Assembly: GCA_965221775.1 (NCBI GenBank)
Contig: CBDCSU010000006.1
Coordinates: 544,001-608,000 of the forward strand
Direction of reading: 5' to 3'
Length of the DNA: 64,000 nt
DNA from: Candidatus Latescibacterota bacterium
Lineage (GTDB): Bacteria; Latescibacterota; UBA2968; UBA8231
This document shows, one piece after another, positions 59,773 through 64,000 of the stretch. A model generated the notes under the pieces. The model ran no database searches, was not told the origin of the DNA, and saw only the letters and a list, made by a program, of their open reading frames with translations. Position 1 is the stretch's first letter; each line of letters opens with the position of its first letter. The translations under genes were made by a program, and so were the position numbers.

Positions 59773-62700
59773 CTACTCCAGCAGCCCCCCAAGGGCCGAC
59801 GCCGCTTCCCAGCCCGTCTCCGATTCCACGAGTTGCTGGCGTTCGGCGCCCGTGAGCCACCGGGCCCGGCTTCCCTTGGCGTCGCGGGTCACGGCGAGGA
59901 CGTGGTCGATCTGCTCGGCCACGGCGCGGACGTGGGAGATCACCCCCACCATGCGGCCGCTGGCGGCGACCGTTGCCAAAGCCTGCACCGCCGAGTCGAG
60001 GTTGTTGCGGTCGAGGGAGCCGAAGCCCTCGTCGAGGAAGAGGGACTCCAGGCGGCCGCCGCTGCGCGCCATCATCTCCACCATGCCCAGGGCGAGGGAG
60101 AGGGAGGCGATGAACTGCTCGCCGCCAGAGAGGCTGGCGGGCGAGCGCGCCTGGCCGGAGTCCTGGTCGAGGACGAGCCACTGCTCCTCGCTGTCCCCGG
60201 GATCGACGAAGGCGTAGCGGCCGCCGCTCATCTCGCCGAGCATGCGGGAGGCGTGGACCAGCAGACGGCGGGATCGCCGGAGGGTGAGCCACTTCAGGAA
60301 GGCGCCCGGCTTCAGGGCGTCCTCCAGGTCGCCGAGGGCCCGTTCCCTGGCCTCGACTTCCTCCAGCAGCGCCCGCAGGCGGCGGACGTCTCCGGCGATG
60401 GCTTCGAAGTGCTCCGCCGCTTCCCGGGCGCGGCGCTCCTCGAAGCGGGCGTCGTTGGCGATGTCGCGGGCTCGATCCACGACCCCGTCCTGGTCTCCCT
60501 CGGCGACCTCCTCGCCCAATCGCCTGCCGATGGCCGCCAGATCCGCACGGGCCTCATCCGCCCGGGCCGCAGCGGCCCTCGCCTGGTCTGCCGCCGCTTG
60601 TGAGACGTCAGCAGTCACCGTCCGCAACTCATCGATCCGCGACATCAGGGCTCCCGTCTCGCCCGTCGAGACAGCCCCGGGGACGATCACCTCGACCCCC
60701 AGCCGGCTGACCGAATCCACGAGCACGTCGCGGTGCCCGTTGAGGCCCTCGACGATCTCGCCGATCGCCGCCGCCACCCCATCGGCCCGCCGCCGCTCCA
60801 GGTCCGACCGGGCGGCCTTGACTTCCTCCAGCTCCCGCCCCAGGCGCCGTCGTTGGTCCCCCCTCTCGGCCAGGACCTGCTCCCGGGCCTCCGCCGACCG
60901 GGTCCGCTCGCTGACCGGGGTCGCATCCACCTCGTGCAGGTCCGAAGGGTCGTCGAACAGATCCAGCTGCGGCCGGTATGGCGGCGGCACCGACCGCACC
61001 GCCGCTCCCAGCCGCTGCAGGGCCCGGTCCGCCGCCGTCCGGGCATGGTCTGCGAGGGTGTCGGCGCCGTCCGCCTCGGCGCGGGCGGCGCTCGCCTCCT
61101 GGTCCCGCCCCGACGATGCCTCGCGCAGTTCTTCGTGGATGCGATCGTGCTCGGTCAGCAGATCCGCCGCCTTCGTGCGGGCGTCCTCCAGGGGGGCGAG
61201 GAGGATCTCTCTCGGGGGAAGGGGCGCCTCCGCAGAGAGATCGACATGGCCAGCCAACTCCTGGCGCGCCTCACCGAGCTTCTCCTCCACCGCGGCGAGC
61301 CGGTCCCCGGCGTCGGCGGTCTGGCGCTCGAGGGCCCGGGCTTCCGCGGCGAGCCCCGCCACCTCTCTCTCCGCCTCTCCGGCGGCCCGGCGGGCCTCCT
61401 CGGCCGCCGCCTGGGCCTCGCCCATCCCGGCGCCGGCCGGGGCTTCCCAGTTGACGGGAAGACCGCGGCGGCAGATGGGGCACTCGTCACCCGGGTGCAG
61501 GGCGTGAGCCGCCGCCGCCGCCGACTCCGACCGCCGCGCCGCGGTCAGATGCTCATCGGCCTGCGCGGCGGCCCTGGACGCGCACCGCTCCCTCTCTCGC
61601 GCCGCTTCCAGGCGACCGCCAAGCTCGGCCGACTCCCGCCGCAGCTCGTCGAGGCGGGTCCTCGTGCGATCGAGTTCGCCGGCGAGTTCCTCGCACCTCG
61701 AGTACCCCTGGTCGACCGCCGTCCTGCGGGCCCGGGCGGACTCGACGGCCTCGGCGAGGGGGGCCCGTCCGGCGGCGTGCTCCGCCGCTGCTTCACGCGC
61801 GCTGGCCGCCTTCTTCGCCAGGCGCCCGGCCTCGACCCGCTTGCCGGAAGCGTCCTCGACCCGGGCACGCAGCTCCCGGGCGGTCCTTTCGCCGTCCGCG
61901 ATCAGGCCGCCGATGCTCCTCAACGTGGTCAGGGCCCCCGCGACCACCTCGCTCGTGGGGCCGTCGTCCGACGGGATGCGGGCCAGCTCCTCCTCGGCCT
62001 GGGCCTGGCGCTGCTCCAGGGCCTTCTCCTCCTCCCGGAGCCGGCGGTCGAGGGCGGCGATCGGGTCGAGCCGGTCCGCCAGCGCGCCCGTGTCCAGCGA
62101 TCGCAGCCGCCTGGCGACCCGGGAGGCCGCCTCCCCTTCCCCCTCGGCGGCGAGGATCGCCTCGCGGGCCTTCGTCGCCGCACCCTCGTCCTCGGAAGCT
62201 GCTTTGGCTCGCTGGGCCGCCGCCGCCAGCGCGGCCTTCAGCCGGGCCAGGTGCGCCGACGGATCTTCCGGATAGGCAGAGGCCGCCTGCTCCAGTCGGG
62301 CCCGCAGAGTCGCGGCCACCTGGCGGGACTCTCCGGCCAGCGCTCCCGCCGCCTCCAGCTCGTCGGTGCGCCAGACCTGCCTCAGGATCCGGCCGCGGTC
62401 GCGCGGCTCGTCCTCCACCAGCAGGCGGGCGAAGCGGCCCTGGGGCAGGATGACGGTGCGCAGGAAGGCATCGCTGTCGAGCCCGATCAGTGCCTTGACG
62501 CGGTCGTTGACGCGGCGGACCTGCTCGACCTGCTCCACCGTCTCGCCGGCGGAGTCGAGCCGGCGGAGCCGGGCGGTAGGCTGGCCCACCGTGCCTTCCC
62601 CGGCGCGGCGCAAGGTGCGCGTCACCTCGCAGGTCTCGCCGGAGACCTCGAATCGGAGCACGACCCGCAGGTGGGTCGAGGTGTCGTTCATCAGCTCCTG

Positions 62701-62880
62701 GTTGGCGTGGGCGGTGAACGTCGTCTGGCCGTACAGAGCGTAGGTCATCGCCTCCAGGATGGAGGACTTGCCCGCCCCCGTGTCTCCCACGATGGCGAGG
62801 TGGTCGCGGCCGGCGAAGTCGATGGCAACGGCCGAGCGGAACGAGCGCAGGCCTTCGATCTTGATGCTCAGGGGCCGCAT
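59773..62880 (-). CDS. sbcC: SbcC/Rad50-like SMC ATPase
   Basis: Walker A GDTGAGKSS, LPQGRF Q-loop, coiled coil with CPIC hook, LSGGE, LFLDEGFGSLD, VISH. Confidence 0.92.
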   Translation of the reverse strand: MRPLSIKIEGLRSFRSAVAIDFAGRDHLAIVGDTGAGKSSILEAMTYALYGQTTFTAHANQELMNDTSTHLRVVLRFEVSGETCEVTRTLRRAGEGTVGQPTARLRRLDSAGETVEQVEQVRRVNDRVKALIGLDSDAFLRTVILPQGRFARLLVEDEPRDRGRILRQVWRTDELEAAGALAGESRQVAATLRARLEQAASAYPEDPSAHLARLKAALAAAAQRAKAASEDEGAATKAREAILAAEGEGEAASRVARRLRSLDTGALADRLDPIAALDRRLREEEKALEQRQAQAEEELARIPSDDGPTSEVVAGALTTLRSIGGLIADGERTARELRARVEDASGKRVEAGRLAKKAASAREAAAEHAAGRAPLAEAVESARARRTAVDQGYSRCEELAGELDRTRTRLDELRRESAELGGRLEAARERERCASRAAAQADEHLTAARRSESAAAAAHALHPGDECPICRRGLPVNWEAPAGAGMGEAQAAAEEARRAAGEAEREVAGLAAEARALERQTADAGDRLAAVEEKLGEARQELAGHVDLSAEAPLPPREILLAPLEDARTKAADLLTEHDRIHEELREASSGRDQEASAARAEADGADTLADHARTAADRALQRLGAAVRSVPPPYRPQLDLFDDPSDLHEVDATPVSERTRSAEAREQVLAERGDQRRRLGRELEEVKAARSDLERRRADGVAAAIGEIVEGLNGHRDVLVDSVSRLGVEVIVPGAVSTGETGALMSRIDELRTVTADVSQAAADQARAAAARADEARADLAAIGRRLGEEVAEGDQDGVVDRARDIANDARFEERRAREAAEHFEAIAGDVRRLRALLEEVEARERALGDLEDALKPGAFLKWLTLRRSRRLLVHASRMLGEMSGGRYAFVDPGDSEEQWLVLDQDSGQARSPASLSGGEQFIASLSLALGMVEMMARSGGRLESLFLDEGFGSLDRNNLDSAVQALATVAASGRMVGVISHVRAVAEQIDHVLAVTRDAKGSRARWLTGAERQQLVESETGWEAASALGGLLE

Positions 62881-62881
62881 G

Positions 62882-64000
62882 TCAGCCCCCGCCGGGGTTC
62901 CGGCTCGAGGCGAGTCGGCCCAGGACGTCCTGCGCCTCCGAGAGCAGCGGCGTCAGCCCGAAGTCGGGGCTCGCTTCCTGACCCACACCGCCCAGGGCCT
63001 GTGCGAAGAGGCCGCACACATCGTCGTCCGGCGCCTTGATCCCGCGGGCCGCGGTCCCCCGCCATTCGAGAAACAGCTCGTCGAGCTGCGGCTCCTCGTC
63101 GCCTTCGCGGTCCGGGTCGATGGGCTTCACCGGCTGCCTGGTGATCGTGTTGATCAGCTCGAAGACGGCGCAGTCGGGCGACCACTCGGCCAGGCGGTCG
63201 GCCAGATCCAGGATCGGATCGTCGGAGATGACCCGCGCCTTCAGGATGCAGCCGTCGAGCCCCCCGCCCTCGGCGCGGCCCTGCAGGTCGGCCAGCGTAC
63301 CGGCGACCTCGGTGAGGGGCCGGCCGGCGGGCAGGTCGCGGGTCTCGACCCGGACGTCATCCCCGATCGTCACCAGCACCGCCTGCTTGGTGCGCTCGCG
63401 CTCGCCGAAGTCGAGGGGGATCAGGGAGCCGGCGTACCGTCCCTGCGCGGTCCCGCCCGGCAGCAGTTGCGGGTCGTGGATGTGGCCGAAGGCGCAGTAC
63501 GACGCCCGGTGCAGACCTTCCACGTGAGCGGCGTAGTCCTCTCCCACGGTGATCCGCCGTTCCGACTTCCCCGGCCGGGCGCCCTGCAGGTGCAGGTGCG
63601 CGGCGTAGAGGACGATGCCCCCGGGGCCGGCGTCTTGGCGCGCCTCGTCGAGGAGGCCCCGGTTGAGGGCCTGGATGCCGTCGGCGTAGTCGCCCTCGAA
63701 GCGGGAGGGATCACCCGACGCGAAGTCGGCGATGGCGCTGGGCGGGATGAAGGGCACGCAGGCCACGCTGACCGGAAGGTCCACCAGGCCGGGGAAGGAG
63801 AGGACCTCGGGGCTCGTCACCAGCCACAGCCGGCGCGGGTCCGCGGCGGCGGCCAGGTCGTCGATGACATGCAGGAGCATGGGCGAGTCGTGATTGCCGG
63901 CGATCACCACGGTCGGCGCGACCCGGGCCAGACGCCCCAGGGCGGTGACTCCGAGCCTCAGTGTCTCGTGCGGGGGACGGGAGGAGTCGAAGAGGTCGCC
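62882..64000 (-). CDS. sbcD: SbcD/Mre11-like nuclease, 5' end runs off the window
   Basis: GDLFDS at the window edge, IAGNHDS, AAHL, FGHIHDPQ, YAGSLIPLDFGE. Confidence 0.92.
   Translation of the reverse strand, partial: GDLFDSSRPPHETLRLGVTALGRLARVAPTVVIAGNHDSPMLLHVIDDLAAAADPRRLWLVTSPEVLSFPGLVDLPVSVACVPFIPPSAIADFASGDPSRFEGDYADGIQALNRGLLDEARQDAGPGGIVLYAAHLHLQGARPGKSERRITVGEDYAAHVEGLHRASYCAFGHIHDPQLLPGGTAQGRYAGSLIPLDFGERERTKQAVLVTIGDDVRVETRDLPAGRPLTEVAGTLADLQGRAEGGGLDGCILKARVISDDPILDLADRLAEWSPDCAVFELINTITRQPVKPIDPDREGDEEPQLDELFLEWRGTAARGIKAPDDDVCGLFAQALGGVGQEASPDFGLTPLLSEAQDVLGRLASSRNPGGG

Overview
High-GC bacterial chromosomal window. The secreted FlgD/dockerin/WD40 proteins resemble those of Latescibacterota/Gemmatimonadota-like sponge-associated bacteria; this is inferred from protein style, not from a search. 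Core blocks: hemC; a sigma54 nitrogen cluster (NifA-like GAF activator, amtB, PII, putative porin, glnA); a dicarboxylate/amino acid symporter; uppS-cdsA-rseP-queG; dusB; a LysR/ino1 divergon; a COG3014/LpoB-like lipoprotein operon; pdxST; a Wzx flippase; an amidohydrolase; tandem CNNM/CBS genes; hsp20; and SbcC/SbcD at the right edge. There are two accessory regions. (i) About 18.1-21.5 kb: a methyltransferase plus putative restriction nuclease flanked by an 8-bp direct repeat, a truncated VOC gene, a small membrane protein and an AT-richer HEPN gene. (ii) About 24.8-46.5 kb: a decaying island of secreted eukaryotic-like-repeat proteins, several built from a shared N-terminal header plus a variable payload, with a LuxR-type regulator, a PD-(D/E)XK nuclease and an IS256 remnant. 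The strongest new signals are: four copies of a CCCCTYCAYTTKG box placed 39-40 nt before a -10-like hexamer, one of them driving luxR itself; the header-plus-payload protein family; two 30-bp-spaced GACA-N4-TGTC palindrome pairs marking probable binding sites of the NifA-like regulator; and cargo genes flanked by duplicated gene 3' ends. No rRNA, tRNA or CRISPR array was seen.
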